Source of the DNA: Octopus sinensis
Taxonomy: Eukaryota
Length of the DNA: 8,878 bases
NCBI RefSeq assembly: GCF_006345805.1
Contig: NW_021828238.1
Coordinates: forward strand, 1 to 8,878
Direction: 5' to 3'
Each line of letters begins with the position of its first letter. The stretch's first letter is position 1. The position numbers and the translations under genes were made by a program. Below, piece by piece: positions 8,167-8,878 of the stretch. Below the pieces are notes generated by a model, which had not been told where the DNA came from, did not search any database, and saw only the letters and a list, made by a program, of their open reading frames with translations.

Positions 8167-8286
8167 ACTTTATGTCGTCTGAGGAAGATTTGGTTAGAAT
8201 CTTGAAGAAAATTGATGAAGTAAAGGAGTCAAAGAATTATGCAGAGGCGACGAAAGAAAAAAAGCGAAGATACGAGGCTGGAGGAA
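8167..8286 (+). CDS. Candidate coding exon (120 nt, or 198 nt from the alternative acceptor at 8089), phase 1-1
   Basis: Acceptor TTCTTCTTCAG|(8167), or in-phase TTTTGTTGTCTTAG|(8089); consensus donor GAA|GTAAGT at 8287; open frame FMSSEEDLVRILKKIDEVKESKNYAEATKEKKRRYEAGG in non-repetitive sequence. Confidence 0.4.
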
Positions 8287-8444
8287 GTAAGTAAATTCAA
8301 GGAAATGATTAAAAGGGAGGGGAACGAAATAAAGGTGTCCCCACCCCTAAAGAAGTTTTAAAAGAAAAAAAATGCATTTCCTAGTTAACCATCTATACTG
8401 AAATCTATTTAAGTGAAACAACCTTAAACTGTGTAACAGTCGTA

Positions 8445-8666
8445 CTTATTTCTTTACTACCCACAAGGGGCCAAACACAGAGGGGACAAACAAGGACAGA
8501 TAAACGGATTAAGTCGATCATATCGACCCCAGTGCGTAACTGGTACTTAATTTATCGACCCCGAAAGGATGAAAGGCAAAGTCGACCTCGGCGGAATTTG
8601 AACTCAGAACGTAACGGCAGACGACATACGGCTACGCATTTCGCCCATCGTGCTAACGTTTCTGCC
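8445..8666 (-). mobile_element. Well-preserved family-B tRNA-derived SINE (central domain resembles Meta/MESC; possibly octopus OK-type)
   Basis: Minus strand: GGCAGAAACGTTAGC head, B box GAGTTCAAATTCC (8605-8593), central GCCTTTCATCCTTTCGGGGTCGATAAATTAAGTACC, tail ..CCCCTTGTGGGTAGTAAAGAAATAAG. Family name is from recall of published SINE domains, not from a search. Confidence 0.85.
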
Positions 8667-8878
8667 TGTACGTAAAGCTTGATGGTATGACAACCAACTA
8701 AGTTAACAGAAACTAACTGGACATGCAAGAAACAGAAATTTATATCCCTTAACCAATCATACGATACTGAAACGTTTATATATGAATCGGAGGTTACTTT
8801 CACTAAACTAAACCCAAACATTATACGTAAATAATATGCTGGAAGGTTAATTTAAAGAACGATATTTCCATCCTTTTC

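Noticed and set aside
8590-8666. tRNA-like A/B boxes here and at 633-686
   Set aside because: These are SINE heads continuing into SINE bodies; I could not fold a complete cloverleaf, so they are not called tRNA genes.
8445-8680. Target-site duplication around the best-preserved SINE
   Set aside because: Flanks share only TACG, which is too short to be meaningful.

Overview
AT-rich, microsatellite-dense animal genomic DNA, most likely intronic/intergenic sequence of an octopus. That assignment is inferred from the tRNA-derived SINE families and the repeat landscape. Nearly all ORFs in the supplied track are translations of simple repeats or SINEs. The window holds two tRNA-derived SINE families: a CORE-type composite family 'A' (5 copies/fragments) and a Meta/MESC-like family 'B' (3 copies). 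It also holds many (TA)n, (TAA)n, (CA)n, (GA)n and (TACA)n arrays, and two or three weakly supported candidate exons. The highlight is two unrelated ~195-bp non-coding elements, each sitting between microsatellite tracts. Each carries a minimal type-I hammerhead-ribozyme fold with a loop-less palindromic helix III, the dimer-type architecture known from Penelope-like elements, and each has a non-canonical catalytic core. The one at 1977-2027 (+) has a compensatory G3-C8 swap (GUGAACA); the one at 4160-4197 (-) has an A6U core (CUGUCGA). All structures were derived by eye and none has been tested computationally or experimentally.
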